A stretch of 64,000 bases of DNA from an uncultured virus (IMG/VR IMGVR_UViG_3300047443_000199). Its lineage: Duplodnaviria; Heunggongvirae; Uroviricota; Caudoviricetes. Below, piece by piece: positions 39,257 to 49,932 of the stretch. How positions within the stretch are numbered: position 1 is the first letter of the stretch; the number at the start of each line of letters is the position of its first letter. The stretch lies in IMG/VR virus record IMGVR_UViG_3300047443_000199; one strand, given 5' to 3'. The translations under genes and the position numbers were made by a program. Under the pieces are notes generated by a model. It was given only the letters and a program-made list of their open reading frames with translations, was not told the origin of the DNA and did not search any database.

Positions 39257-40135
39257 TCAGGCCCCCAGGATCACGCTGTAGCCCGTGCAGTACGCAGCCT
39301 CGGCCTTGCTCGGTTTGATGTCGGTCCAGTTCAACAACTCGACCCGGGCAATGCCGGGAATATGTAACTGTGCATCGATGCCTGAACGCGCCACCTCCAG
39401 CCCCAGACGGCGGCGCGGGTTGATCCACTCGCTCAAGCGTTTCTCACTTTCAGCCAAGTAGGCCTCGTTCTCCGGACCCGGTGCCTGCGGGTACAGCACC
39501 GCTTCAATGCGGTAGTCGATGACCACCGCGCTCTGCACCGTGAGGCGGTCGGCCACCGGCCGCACGTCTTCGTCATTGAGGTGCAGCCGGACCTCCTCCA
39601 GCAGTTCCGGCGAGGCGGCGCCGCTGCCTTCCAGGCTGAGCACGGTGACCACCACCACGGCGGGTGATGGACTTTCCGCCGTGGCATCGGCCACCAGGCC
39701 CGAGGCGTTGCGCGCATGCAGGATGTAGCTGTTTCGCGGTCCCGCCGTGGTCAGCCCCTCATACGACAGCTGCACTCGCTCGCGCAGGGCATCGTCTTCC
39801 TCAAGCACCTGCGGCGTAGGCGGCACCGTGCTCGGGTCTCCAGCCTGAATCACCAGACGCTGCAGGTTGACGTTGGCGGCCAGGTGATCGAGGTCGGCCC
39901 GCTCGGCATGGGCCAACAGCAAGGCCTTGCCCGCGTCGTTGACCCGCGCCCGGTTCTGCAAGGCGCCATACGCGGCCTGCTCGATCAGTTTGAGCACCGG
40001 GTCGCTTTCGAGCTCCGCACTCCAGTTGTCACCCATGCTCAGGCGGAAGGCTTCCAGCTTCTCCTGGTAGACCACTTCAAAGTCGAGGTCTTCGAGCACT
40101 TGCGGCGGCGGCAGGGCCGCCAGTTCCATGGTCAT
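39257..40135 (-). CDS. Baseplate J protein
   Basis: LESDP, TAGP..SY, VRPVADR. Confidence 0.93.
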   Translation of the reverse strand: MTMELAALPPPQVLEDLDFEVVYQEKLEAFRLSMGDNWSAELESDPVLKLIEQAAYGALQNRARVNDAGKALLLAHAERADLDHLAANVNLQRLVIQAGDPSTVPPTPQVLEEDDALRERVQLSYEGLTTAGPRNSYILHARNASGLVADATAESPSPAVVVVTVLSLEGSGAASPELLEEVRLHLNDEDVRPVADRLTVQSAVVIDYRIEAVLYPQAPGPENEAYLAESEKRLSEWINPRRRLGLEVARSGIDAQLHIPGIARVELLNWTDIKPSKAEAAYCTGYSVILGA

Positions 40136-40467
40136 GCGGACACCTCCAAAGTCACGTCGCTGCCCAGGTACTGCCCGGTCAGCTCAAAGGTGATACGCCC
40201 GTCGAGAATGGCCACGGCGCGCACACGGCCGAGTTTCAGGCGTGGCTCCCAACGCCCGAGCGTACTGGCCACCTCCGCCTGCACGGCACTTTTCCAGCCG
40301 TCATTGACCGGTAAATCGACAAAGCGCCGCAGCTTGCTGCCGTACTCCGGGCGCATGCGCCGGCTGCCCATGGGAGTGGACAAGATGTCCTCGATGGACT
40401 GGCGCAGGTGATCGAGGCCGGAAATGAGTTGGCCGGTGCGGCGGTCCAGTCCGATCATCCCGATCAT
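40132..40467 (-). CDS. Baseplate W/gp25 protein
   Basis: HLRQSIEDILSTPMGSR.MRPEYGS; RWEPR. Confidence 0.93.
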   Translation of the reverse strand: MIGMIGLDRRTGQLISGLDHLRQSIEDILSTPMGSRRMRPEYGSKLRRFVDLPVNDGWKSAVQAEVASTLGRWEPRLKLGRVRAVAILDGRITFELTGQYLGSDVTLEVSA

Positions 40468-40471
40468 GGGA

Positions 40472-40693
40472 TCAGCCCTCGACCGCGATAAAGTCCTTAC
40501 GGCCGCGCAAATAGTCGAGCGCGACCGTGTCGGCCGACGCCACCGCGACCTGCCCCTTTTCCACTTTCAAGGTGCGCCCGGCCTCCAGCAGGATCAGCAC
40601 CCGCGAGGTATACAGCGTGTCGCGAAAGATGCTCAGCGTGGCCGACGCGGGCGCATCCGTGGCGGCGGGAACTGCCTTGGTTTTACTCGTCAT
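40472..40693 (-). CDS. Small phage hypothetical protein
   Basis: GGAG RBS; fits tail operon. Confidence 0.7.
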   Translation of the reverse strand: MTSKTKAVPAATDAPASATLSIFRDTLYTSRVLILLEAGRTLKVEKGQVAVASADTVALDYLRGRKDFIAVEG

Positions 40694-40750
40694 GCTTTTT
40701 CTCCAGACATGAAAAAGCCCGCGCGCAGCGGGCTGAAGGTGAATGTGAAC

Positions 40751-41311
40751 TCAATGCGAGTGGTTGCTGCTGTTACCCCCGGCATCCATGATCGTGCCGG
40801 CACCGCTGATGTCGCCGGACACGCTCAGCGATCCGTCGATAGCCACCTCACCCGCCAGGATGATTTGGCTGGCCGTCACCCGCACTTGCTCCGGCGTCAC
40901 TTCAAACTGCGAGCCACCGACCGTGATGGTCGCGCGGCTGCCGTCAGGCAGCGCAATGCTGTAGCTGCCGGCCTGCCAGTCGTAAACCAGTGAGCCGCCA
41001 TCGTCGAAGTACCAGGCCTCGACGTGATCGCGGTTGTCCGGTGGCGTCCCGGCGTTGCCATACAACCCCGGGATAAAGGTGCCCATGGCCGGATCACCGC
41101 TCGGGCTGAACAGCGCGCCCTGCTCATTCGGGCTCGGTGCGCGCCAATGACGGGCCTTGCCGGCGGCCAGGCTATGCCAGCGCACCCAGGCACTGACCCA
41201 GGTTCCGGCCTTGACCCGCACCCGCCCCGCCATCAGATCGACGCCGACCACCACGCAGGGCAGCAGCATGGCGGCAATCATCCGGTCGTGTTCGGCGCTG
41301 ACGTATCCCAT
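40751..41311 (-). CDS. Baseplate assembly protein V (spike)
   Basis: WRAPS..EQ...SPSGD; C-terminal HSH. Confidence 0.92.
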   Translation of the reverse strand: MGYVSAEHDRMIAAMLLPCVVVGVDLMAGRVRVKAGTWVSAWVRWHSLAAGKARHWRAPSPNEQGALFSPSGDPAMGTFIPGLYGNAGTPPDNRDHVEAWYFDDGGSLVYDWQAGSYSIALPDGSRATITVGGSQFEVTPEQVRVTASQIILAGEVAIDGSLSVSGDISGAGTIMDAGGNSSNHSH

Positions 41312-41829
41312 GCCAGATCCTCCGGTTGAAAGTAGTGATCTTCATTGCCGGTACCGGTGCAGCCATCGACGTTCAGGTACAGAGAACCCGGCGGCTCGAC
41401 TGGCCATAACCATTCGGTTTCACCGATCTGGAATATCTGCTTCCACTCCACGATCCACACCACAAATTGCGCCAGCTCCGGCATCGAGTCGTCCGGGAAT
41501 GCACGCACCTCCTGCACCTCTTCGACAAAGTCCAGCCCCCAATACTGCCCGCGCAAAATCTTGCTGATCTCGGTGGCCAGAATGGCGGCCTGCAAGGCCG
41601 CTTTGCTGATGGTGGAATCGACCATGATGCACACCTGAAAGCGGCCGCTCAGGGAAGTTTTGCCGCTGCCATTGTCGGATGCTTCGCCGATTTCCGTCAG
41701 GGCGAACAATACCGCCGGCAGACCGACTTCAGCATTCAACTCGGGAAACGCCTCGACACTGACCACCGACGGCAAGCCGGCGCGGAAGGTCGCCTCAATC
41801 GCATTGTGTAAGGTCGTCAGCTCATCCAT
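41278..41829 (-). CDS. Putative tail completion/terminator protein
   Basis: Position between head-tail joining gene and V. Confidence 0.7.
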   Translation of the reverse strand: MDELTTLHNAIEATFRAGLPSVVSVEAFPELNAEVGLPAVLFALTEIGEASDNGSGKTSLSGRFQVCIMVDSTISKAALQAAILATEISKILRGQYWGLDFVEEVQEVRAFPDDSMPELAQFVVWIVEWKQIFQIGETEWLWPVEPPGSLYLNVDGCTGTGNEDHYFQPEDLAWDTSAPNTTG

Positions 41830-42187
41830 TGTTCAAACTCAAAATGAAGTTGACCATGCCCGCGCCGTCCGGCTCACGCTTGCTGACCTTGTAGCGGCCG
41901 CCGCCCTGCTCTGCCGGTAGATCGATGGTGAGAAAGGTGTCTTTCTCGATGCCCACCGCATCCACCACGCGGACGGTGAAGGTGGGCGCCAAGACGTTAT
42001 CCGTCACGATGGCATTGCCCAGACGCACGCTCTTCGATTTGCCGCCGACATCCGCACCGACGAAGGGCGAGAAAAACGCACCGAACAACGCTTGGCCGTC
42101 CGGCTTGATGGCGCGATCGCCGAGACGATCGACCAGCACCGCGTCCATCCGGGCCGTGGCATCACGAAAGAGGCCCAGCGCGGTCAC
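41822..42187 (-). CDS. Head-tail joining protein
   Basis: Position after capsid cement gene; REPDGAG. Confidence 0.65.
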   Translation of the reverse strand: MTALGLFRDATARMDAVLVDRLGDRAIKPDGQALFGAFFSPFVGADVGGKSKSVRLGNAIVTDNVLAPTFTVRVVDAVGIEKDTFLTIDLPAEQGGGRYKVSKREPDGAGMVNFILSLNNG

Positions 42188-42504
42188 TGGATCAACAACG
42201 CTTCGGCAATACCGCCGACCGGGGCACTCAGCAGCTTGCCGAAGGGCACCGTGTCACCGGTGGCCGTGAGCGGATCAACCAGCACACCGGCTTGCAGGGC
42301 CACTTTCTGTCCCTGCAACAGCGCAGCATCGGCGGGCAGGCGCCAGACGCCGCCGAGATGGCCAACCAGCACGTCACCCTCGATGCCACTGGCAATCGGG
42401 ATAATCACCAGATCGACCAACACCAGCGGCACACCCGATGTTGCCCCACCGGCCGGGGCAGTGAAGGTCACCGTTTGGCCGGCACCCGAATAATTCTTGG
42501 ACAT
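42184..42504 (-). CDS. DUF2190-type capsid cement protein
   Basis: MSKNY...G..VTFTAPAGG..SG; follows capsid gene. Confidence 0.85.
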   Translation of the reverse strand: MSKNYSGAGQTVTFTAPAGGATSGVPLVLVDLVIIPIASGIEGDVLVGHLGGVWRLPADAALLQGQKVALQAGVLVDPLTATGDTVPFGKLLSAPVGGIAEALLIQ

Positions 42505-42573
42505 GCAAATTTCTCCTGTACAGAAACAACAAACCCCGCTCGCGGCGGGGTATTGAGTGGAATGTTACGACCG

Positions 42574-44673
42574 TTAACGGGAGGCCGATTTAGCGGGTGG
42601 TACTGCACCCACCGACTTGTTCAGCCCCCGATAATCCAGCGCCGCGACCCCTGCGTCGATTCGAACCTTGCTGGTCACGCCATCAATGGTGAACCCCTGC
42701 TGCTGCTCCATGTAGGGCTGTTCAACGCCGTCCAGGTAAGCAACTTCGATGGTGTCAGCACCTTGGCGGGCAGCTTCATACCAAGTAACCGGCGAATCAT
42801 CGTCCAGGCGTGGCTCGGCGATCACTGTGGCGAAATTGCGGATCGGGTTGTCGATGCCGGCATTGGTATCGACGCCAGGCACCGACGCCGAGCGGATCAG
42901 TTGGTTGGTCTTGTCTTCCAGCGCCACCGGCACCAGGACAAACGCCGGGCGAATGTTCAGGGTGCGGGCCTTGCCGCCTTCGACCTCGGTTTTCTGCAAG
43001 GCCATGGCGGTCTTGGCCCTGCTCAGCGCTTCGATCGACATGTTCGCGCCGGTACCGGAGAACAGGTTGTTGCGCTCGGCATCGAACAGCGCTTTGCCGT
43101 CACTCATCACCGGCGAATGGATCAACGTGTCATAGACCAGATCGCCGATGGTGCCGCGCGCGGCCAGGCCCATGTTGTAGGGCACCGTGCTCAGCTGGTC
43201 GAGGTCATCGTTGATGATCGCCTGCCGGGTGATGCTGAACATTTCACCGTAGGTGGCCAGGCGGATTTTTTCGCCACGGTCACTGGTGGTGATGTATTTG
43301 TATTCCGCACCTGGGCGAACTTCACGCAGGCTCGGGAACGCCCCCATGCCGACCCGGGACGCCACCTTGAAGTCACTCAAGCGGCCCTTTTTGGTCCACA
43401 AGTGGTAGGTTTCCGGCGCCTCGTCCCAGCCGAGCAGGACCGACTTGGCGGCGCTGTCCACCAGGATGTTGCCGAAGTCGCTGGAATCATGGGTGAACGC
43501 CAGGCCAACCATGGCCATCGGATCAAGGGTGGCCACCAGAATGCCGCGATCATGCAGCGAGGCGCGGGCCAGTTCGCGCAGGCTCATGTGGTTATAGGCG
43601 TTGTCTTTCTGGTTTTCTGCCTGGCCCAAACGACCGGCCAGCGAGGCGCGCACCGAATCACCGACCAGGTTGCCGTTGCTGATGTGGCCATGGTGGTGAG
43701 GTCCACCCGTTGGGGTAGTGGTCGAGCCCAGTGCAACCAGCAGTTTTTCCCGCGCCATCTCGGCCGTGCAGCTCAGGTCATTGAGGCAAGTGTTGAGCAG
43801 TTCGGTGTGGCTGGTGACCAGCGAGCCACAGAACGCGGCGTTGATCGCCGTGCGGCGGGCCCCGTCCGCCGCCATGACTTGGGCGCGCATCTGATCCAGG
43901 GTCAGCGCGACCGGCGCCGGATCGACAGCCGGCGTTGGAGTCGGGGCTGGAGCTGGGGTTCGGGCCGGGGTTGGGGTTGGAGCGGAAGCGCGTGGATTGA
44001 ACAGATTTTTTGCCGATGGGGGCATGTTGGTGAACTCCTGCATGCGTTTTGAAGTGAGTTGAGCGGCCGCCTTGAACGGGTCAAGCACGTTGTCAGCGAA
44101 ACCGGCCGCCACCGCTTCGTTGCCATCCATCCAGGTTTCCGCCTTGAGTAGCGCCTGAATGTCCTCGATCGCCTTGCCCGACTTGCGCGTATACGCCTGA
44201 ATCAGCGTGCTCTCGACCTTGTCGAGTAGGTCGGCGTACTCGCGCATGGCGTCGGCATCACCCACCTGACCACCCCACGGTTTGTGAATCATCATCATGG
44301 CGTTGGCCGGCATGTTGATTTCATCCCCGGCCATGGCAATCACGCTGGCCATCGAAGCGGCGAGACCGTCGATGTACACCACGACCCGCGCCGAATGGCC
44401 ACGCAGCAGGTTGTACATGGTGGTCCCTTCAAACACGTCGCCACCCGGCGAGTGGATGTGCAGATTGATCTGTGACACGTCACCCAGGGCGGCCAGATCG
44501 CGGGCGAACTGCTTGGCGGTAATGCCCCAGGCGCCGATCTCGTCGTACAGCATCACCTCGACCAACCCGCGCTGCTGCGCCGCACGGAGCGAGTACCAGC
44601 TTTCACCGGGCTTATTCGTCGAGGTTATCGAGGCCCTCGGCCTCATCAGCGACAGGTTTTTTTGGCTGTTCAT
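42574..44673 (-). CDS. ClpP-like prohead protease / major capsid fusion
   Basis: IHSPGGDV, AASMAS, MIHKPW, ETWM; C-terminal Mu-like capsid (VAYLDG..P, DYRG). Confidence 0.93.
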   Translation of the reverse strand: MNSQKNLSLMRPRASITSTNKPGESWYSLRAAQQRGLVEVMLYDEIGAWGITAKQFARDLAALGDVSQINLHIHSPGGDVFEGTTMYNLLRGHSARVVVYIDGLAASMASVIAMAGDEINMPANAMMMIHKPWGGQVGDADAMREYADLLDKVESTLIQAYTRKSGKAIEDIQALLKAETWMDGNEAVAAGFADNVLDPFKAAAQLTSKRMQEFTNMPPSAKNLFNPRASAPTPTPARTPAPAPTPTPAVDPAPVALTLDQMRAQVMAADGARRTAINAAFCGSLVTSHTELLNTCLNDLSCTAEMAREKLLVALGSTTTPTGGPHHHGHISNGNLVGDSVRASLAGRLGQAENQKDNAYNHMSLRELARASLHDRGILVATLDPMAMVGLAFTHDSSDFGNILVDSAAKSVLLGWDEAPETYHLWTKKGRLSDFKVASRVGMGAFPSLREVRPGAEYKYITTSDRGEKIRLATYGEMFSITRQAIINDDLDQLSTVPYNMGLAARGTIGDLVYDTLIHSPVMSDGKALFDAERNNLFSGTGANMSIEALSRAKTAMALQKTEVEGGKARTLNIRPAFVLVPVALEDKTNQLIRSASVPGVDTNAGIDNPIRNFATVIAEPRLDDDSPVTWYEAARQGADTIEVAYLDGVEQPYMEQQQGFTIDGVTSKVRIDAGVAALDYRGLNKSVGAVPPAKSASR

Positions 44674-46156
44674 CGGTTTGCGTTTTTCCATAGATCTCGT
44701 GATAGAAGTCCGAACTGAAGACCAGTCCCTGTTCCCGGTTGGTTTTGATTTCCGAAGCCCGGGAACGCTTGAGTTCCTGCGGATTGCGCTGCCGCGCCCG
44801 CGCAACTTCCGATTCATCGGAAAAGCCGGCCTCGACCAGAATTTTCCAGGCATTGGCCTCATGAATTGGGTTGATCCAAGGCATCACCGGCCCTTGGTAG
44901 ATCGCGCCAAACACCGTGTCCGGATCGACGTCGACCGGCACCTTGATCACCCCGCTGGCAATCGCCATGTGCAGCCATTCGCGATAGACCGGGCGACTCC
45001 AGTAGTCGATAAATTCGTGCTGCAGCAGGTCATAACCGGCCTGCCCCTCGACCAGTTCCTGACGCTGTGCGGAATAAGTGCCGTCGTAACTACGGGCCAC
45101 ACTGGAGTAGGTGCCACGGGTGCCGGCGGCCACGGCCTTGAGTTGACCGTTGCGGAAGCCTTCCAGAAAAGGGTTGGGCCGATTGCTCTCGATCATGCCG
45201 ACGTCTTCGCCGGGCAACAGGCCGTCGAACACCATGCCCGGGCCGATGGGAATGCTGCGAGCAGCGGCAGCCTGGCCATTCACCACCGATGGCGTGGTGT
45301 AGTCGTCCGGTGTGCCTTTTTTGATGTACATGGCCAGTGCCGCGCTGATACGTGCGGCAACCCGTTCGCTTTCCTCGTAATCCTTGATGTCTGCCAGGCG
45401 AATCAGCACGGCATGCAACAGCGGTTGGCCGCGGTTTTGACCGATGCGCTTCCGGTGCGCGATGTGAATCATCTGTTCGACCGGGACGCGCTTGGTGGTC
45501 AAAGTCAGCTGGAAACCGGCGGCATGTCCGGGGTGATGCTTGACCAGGTGATAAGCCCGGACCCGCCGCCACTGATTGCGCTCGATCCCCTGCACAATGC
45601 CCTTGGCTTCATCGTTGTATTCCCACGGCAGGTAATCCGGCTCCAGCAACTCCAAAGCGAAGGGCACCACGCTCAAATGCTCATAGCTGGGCACACGCCC
45701 CTTGAGCTTCTGCGCCAAGGCTTCGCCATCGCGTAGCCAAGTTCGGCACACCTGCCGCTCCATCTGCGGTCGGGACAGCTCGCCGGACGTTTCCGGGCGC
45801 AACGACCACTCGGCCCAGCGGGCCTTGATCTGCGCCGCAAACTCCAGATGCACTTCCCCGGCGTAACTCAAGGGAAACGGCTCGACCGCGATGCCCATGC
45901 CGCCCACCACCCGCTCTTCCAGACGATCGAACAAACCGGTGACGATGTCGTGGTCTTCGTCCAACTTGCGGCACTGCTCGCGCAAAGAGCGCGCCGAACG
46001 TTGCAGCGAGCGGTCCGCGCTGGCCGATTGTTTTTTGGCTTGGTGCGTGCGGGTCGCCTGCGCCGCTTCAAAGGCCATGATGGTGCTACGGGCACGCAGA
46101 CGGTCAGCCACCAGCCCGGGAAACACCGGGGCCAGCACGCGATCCAGCAGGTTCAT
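44612..46156 (-). CDS. Portal protein (lambda family)
   Basis: RDGEAL, QNRGQP, YSAQRQ, WINP..E. Confidence 0.93.
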   Translation of the reverse strand: MNLLDRVLAPVFPGLVADRLRARSTIMAFEAAQATRTHQAKKQSASADRSLQRSARSLREQCRKLDEDHDIVTGLFDRLEERVVGGMGIAVEPFPLSYAGEVHLEFAAQIKARWAEWSLRPETSGELSRPQMERQVCRTWLRDGEALAQKLKGRVPSYEHLSVVPFALELLEPDYLPWEYNDEAKGIVQGIERNQWRRVRAYHLVKHHPGHAAGFQLTLTTKRVPVEQMIHIAHRKRIGQNRGQPLLHAVLIRLADIKDYEESERVAARISAALAMYIKKGTPDDYTTPSVVNGQAAAARSIPIGPGMVFDGLLPGEDVGMIESNRPNPFLEGFRNGQLKAVAAGTRGTYSSVARSYDGTYSAQRQELVEGQAGYDLLQHEFIDYWSRPVYREWLHMAIASGVIKVPVDVDPDTVFGAIYQGPVMPWINPIHEANAWKILVEAGFSDESEVARARQRNPQELKRSRASEIKTNREQGLVFSSDFYHEIYGKTQTDEQPKKPVADEAEGLDNLDE

Positions 46157-46365
46157 CGGAATGTCGCCAAGGCGTACGGCGGCTGCCCCGCCGCTGCTGC
46201 CTGTTGTGCTCGCAGCCGGCGCTCCCATTCCAGCCGACCAGCGCGGATTTCCTCCAGGTCATCCATGATCAGCTTGCGACCGTTAAAGAGGATTTCCTTA
46301 CCCTGCAGGATGGCCAGTTCGGCCTCCAGATAGCGGTCCACCATGTCTTGAGCGGTTATAGCCAT
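46153..46365 (-). CDS. Head completion protein (gpW-like)
   Basis: YLEAELAILQGK...DLEEIRAGR between terL and portal. Confidence 0.8.
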   Translation of the reverse strand: MAITAQDMVDRYLEAELAILQGKEILFNGRKLIMDDLEEIRAGRLEWERRLRAQQAAAAGQPPYALATFR

Positions 46366-48437
46366 GCGCCTTGTCCTGTATTAAGCCAGCCGCCCGACTC
46401 GGCGGGCTGGTCGGATGATTGTTCAGGCTCTACCTCAGGCACCGACACCGTGGCCGGTGTCAGAGCGGCAACGGTGGCCCGTTTGCTTTCCTGCTCGTGA
46501 CTCATCGGCACAGCCCAGGTGCCTGACGGCAACTGCTGTGCGAGCAGGTCGAGATTCATGCCAAAGCGCTGCTGCGTTACACGTAACGCTGCCAAGGCGT
46601 ACACCAGGCAATCGAGCGCTTCGTTTCGACGCCCGCCTGCGTCCCAACGTTGAACACGCTGATGCTTGACGATCACCCACTTGCGGCGCTCGGCGGTGAG
46701 TTGCCTCAACTCGTCTTCGCCGCAAATCATCTCGTTGGCAGGCAGGTGGATACAGCCAGGCACAGGCGTGCCCGAGCCGTCCGGCTGCATCTTGAGACGG
46801 CCATAAATCAGCTCTTTGGCATTGTCGGTACCCACTTCAACCAGGTACGCACGCCCGCCTTTGACCTTGGTTTTCTTACGCGGCCAGGTCGCAATCGGCT
46901 TGCCGTAGGTCGAGGCACCAAATACAGGGATCACCCACTGGGTGCCGTGCTTGATGCATTCCTCACGTACTTCATCGCAGTAGTGCCCACCTTGGTCCCA
47001 ACACCAACGCTCCACGCCCATCACCGTGCCATCCGCCCGAGTGAAGGTCTTGTGGATCTCGATGCCAACCTTGGCCCGCAGCTCGATGCTGCCCGGATCA
47101 CCTTGCAGCACGAACTTATGGACCAGCCACGCTTCCTCACCTGCGCCAAACGCCCAGACCCGGCCTTCATAGCGGTCATCCTGGGTATCAATACCGCCGA
47201 ACAGGGCAACCGCTTTAGCCGGCACTTGCGGGTATATCTCCCGGCGCGCGTGCAACTGCTGCCACTCCAGCTGCTCGCCTTGGTCCTCTTCCCACGCTTC
47301 GCCCAGCGTGGTGTTGACGAAGGTTTTCAGCTTGCCCCGATCCTTCTTGATCTTGAGCCATTCCGTGACGACTTCGGCCCAGGTCACAAACTCCGAGTAC
47401 ACCGTCCAGATATGAAAAGTCACCGAACGCGGCGACGGCATTGAAGTGTCCACATCGGTGAACCAGTCCATGCCGTCACGCGTCCAGATACCGGTCCGCT
47501 CGCAGATGTAGCGCCCGCTGACGGATGCCGCGACCATTTCGTGGTATTCGAAGGTGCAGCCATGGCCGGACTCGCACAAGTACCAGGCCTTAATCACCTG
47601 CCCCAGTTCATCCACGGCCCACTTGATACCGAACGGTGTAGCCGGGTCACCCCACTTCAGGTATTGCTCGGTCCCGCAGCACGGGCACTTGATGTTGAAA
47701 CGCAGAAAGTGCGGGGAATCGTTGGCCGCCCGCGTGATCTGGCAGCCCTCCCCCGAGGTTTCCTCATTGTCGTCAGCGACAACTACTGTCGTCGGGGTCG
47801 ATCCGCGTATGGACTTTTTGAACGTGGCACCTTCCAGGCGCTTGTCGCCAAGAATGGTCGGAGCCCCCTCGCCCTCGATGTCCGCATTGAACTTCGATAG
47901 CTCGTCATAGATCACTTCATCCGGGCTTTTCTCCCGGTAGTTTTTTGCCGCCGTGCCACCCAGGCACCACAGCATCTTGGCGTTATCGAACCGTTTTTCA
48001 TCCAGTGTGTTGTCGCGATGCTTCACCCCATACCAAGGCGCCAAGGCGCGCACCACCGGACTGTCACGAATCATCGTTTCGATGTGCCGCTTCATCATCC
48101 CGTCAGCGTCGCCATCGGTTGGGCACCAGACGATGACGTTGCGTTTCTTGTGCTGGACCTTGTAACCCATGTTGGCTACCAGCATTTTGGTGTAGCCAAC
48201 CCGCGCCGATTTCAGCACGTTGACTTCACGGATCAGGTCGTTACCCATCGCGTTGAGAATCGCGACCTGAAAAGGCGCCGTCGTCCAATCGCCCTCTTGA
48301 TAGGACGATTCAGACGACAGATAGAAATGCTCATCAGCCCACTCAACCGCTGTACGCGGCGGCTCTTTGTAGAGCCCGGCGAGTCCCTTGCGGACACCCT
48401 CAACCAGCGCCCTCATCCAAGGTGTCGACAAACTCAT
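46356..48437 (-). CDS. terL: Terminase large subunit (lambda GpA family)
   Basis: KSARVGYTK, YDE, GSTP, GIDTQ, RNEALDC. Confidence 0.96.
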   Translation of the reverse strand: MSLSTPWMRALVEGVRKGLAGLYKEPPRTAVEWADEHFYLSSESSYQEGDWTTAPFQVAILNAMGNDLIREVNVLKSARVGYTKMLVANMGYKVQHKKRNVIVWCPTDGDADGMMKRHIETMIRDSPVVRALAPWYGVKHRDNTLDEKRFDNAKMLWCLGGTAAKNYREKSPDEVIYDELSKFNADIEGEGAPTILGDKRLEGATFKKSIRGSTPTTVVVADDNEETSGEGCQITRAANDSPHFLRFNIKCPCCGTEQYLKWGDPATPFGIKWAVDELGQVIKAWYLCESGHGCTFEYHEMVAASVSGRYICERTGIWTRDGMDWFTDVDTSMPSPRSVTFHIWTVYSEFVTWAEVVTEWLKIKKDRGKLKTFVNTTLGEAWEEDQGEQLEWQQLHARREIYPQVPAKAVALFGGIDTQDDRYEGRVWAFGAGEEAWLVHKFVLQGDPGSIELRAKVGIEIHKTFTRADGTVMGVERWCWDQGGHYCDEVREECIKHGTQWVIPVFGASTYGKPIATWPRKKTKVKGGRAYLVEVGTDNAKELIYGRLKMQPDGSGTPVPGCIHLPANEMICGEDELRQLTAERRKWVIVKHQRVQRWDAGGRRNEALDCLVYALAALRVTQQRFGMNLDLLAQQLPSGTWAVPMSHEQESKRATVAALTPATVSVPEVEPEQSSDQPAESGGWLNTGQGAWL

Positions 48438-48954
48438 CAAGCAACTCCGGCAAAAGATCAGCCAAGCCGACCGCATCATTACGCGTCACGGCGACTTCGC
48501 GCTGGATCGCCTCAAGGTGGCGCACCTCGATGTCGGGGCACTTGCGTTTAACCTTCAAATGCACGGTGTCGAGGGTTGACCCGAGCTTTGCGCTCAGGCG
48601 AGACAATGCGAACAAGCAAAAATCAACCGGCACCAGCTTCTTGGCCTTCACCTTGTTGCGCATTTCCTGAGCGTCCGCCTGCTCAGTTGTCAGCCGCAAT
48701 TTTTGCTGCGCCTGTTTGTATTCAATGAGCGGATCGATCGGATCACCGTTGTCGTCGACAGGTTGGTCTTTTGTCACCTGATGCTTGAGCCGGTTATCCA
48801 GCACCGACCGGACGTCGTAGAAGACGTCGCGGCCGATCTTCGCAACAGGCTGCACGCCCCATTTATCAAAGGCCTGAGTCGTGATGCCGAGGCTGGTAGC
48901 CATGCGCGACTTGTTCAGCCAATGAGGCTCGCGGGAGATGGTCGGATTGGCCAT
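48400..48954 (-). CDS. terS: Terminase small subunit (Nu1-like)
   Basis: N-terminal wHTH, coiled coil; overlaps terL. Confidence 0.88.
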   Translation of the reverse strand: MANPTISREPHWLNKSRMATSLGITTQAFDKWGVQPVAKIGRDVFYDVRSVLDNRLKHQVTKDQPVDDNGDPIDPLIEYKQAQQKLRLTTEQADAQEMRNKVKAKKLVPVDFCLFALSRLSAKLGSTLDTVHLKVKRKCPDIEVRHLEAIQREVAVTRNDAVGLADLLPELLDEFVDTLDEGAG

Positions 48955-48994
48955 GGACTAAACAACAACCTCGATTCAAAAATGGGTCATATAT

Positions 48995-49050
48995 AGCGAA
49001 GCAGCGGGGCCCGAATTACCCCCTGCCCCCCGCCCCCTCGGGAGGACCCG
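48995..49050 (-). other. Predicted cos region
   Basis: GGGTCCT (same as lambda cosQ) at 49043-49049, followed by a G-rich segment upstream of terS. Confidence 0.55.
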
Positions 49051-49116
49051 TTAAATTTTCGTCTGGGCAAACAAGTCGAGCATCACCAGCCAGAAGCCGG
49101 CCTTTCTTGCTCGTTG

Positions 49117-49857
49117 TCAGGGCTTGGCAGTAGCCATTGCATCGGCAAATGCACCGCGGAACTCGGCGCTGTAATTGGCCTTGCAGATGTTGTTGGCAAT
49201 CTTGAAGAACGGGAAGATCGTGCGGTACATCGGCGCGGTGCGGCTGAAGACAAACACCGGCCTGACGGCATCGCCGAACGCCGTCTCTTTGCGCTCCCAC
49301 ACACCGGCCGTTCCCCCGACAATGCCGGAGAAATAGCTCTTGGCGTTGCCCTTGCGTTGACTGCGCTTGCTGTTTGAAGCATTGGCCTGGTAGCCACGCG
49401 ACGCTTCGGCAGCGCCAAGGCCCGACAAGATCCGGGTCATCGTTCCTCGGGAAACGTTGCCATGCTTGTCGAGCACATTGGGATTAGGGATCGCGAACTG
49501 GCTGGACTTCATAAAGCCACGCGCGATCAGAGCCTTTTCAAAGCGCTTATGCGGTCGTGGCCCGCCCCTGACAGTCTGCTGAAGGTAGGTATCAGCGGGA
49601 ATGCCAGAGGTCCAAGAATCCTTGAAATACACTTCGGCCGGTTTGCTTTTGGTGGCCATTTTAACGAACAAGCTGTTCATCGTGGTTCGGGTTGGCCGAT
49701 CCAAGCGCTGCGCCATGACGGTCAGTTCGCCCTTCTTGACCCGTTGTGCCAAGCGGGTTGCGGTCACCCTAAGGACAAACGGAATGTGCTTTTTCTCCAG
49801 CTCCAGCAACGCCTCGGAAACGGGCAGCATGTCGGGCGTGATCTTGACTTTGACCAT
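49117..49857 (-). CDS. Basic phage late protein of unknown function
   Basis: 246-aa ORF between holin and terS; DRPT..T.NS motif. Confidence 0.75.
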   Translation of the reverse strand: MVKVKITPDMLPVSEALLELEKKHIPFVLRVTATRLAQRVKKGELTVMAQRLDRPTRTTMNSLFVKMATKSKPAEVYFKDSWTSGIPADTYLQQTVRGGPRPHKRFEKALIARGFMKSSQFAIPNPNVLDKHGNVSRGTMTRILSGLGAAEASRGYQANASNSKRSQRKGNAKSYFSGIVGGTAGVWERKETAFGDAVRPVFVFSRTAPMYRTIFPFFKIANNICKANYSAEFRGAFADAMATAKP

Positions 49858-49932
49858 CTATTTTTCCACGCCACCCGAGCTGCCAAGCGGTCCGTTGAGC
49901 GGGTCATAGCAGGTCATCATTGGTTTAGCTCG

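Noticed and set aside
30395..45736. Long plus-strand ORFs (586, 560, 586, 479 aa)
   Set aside because: Antisense shadows of high-GC structural genes with no recognisable motifs.
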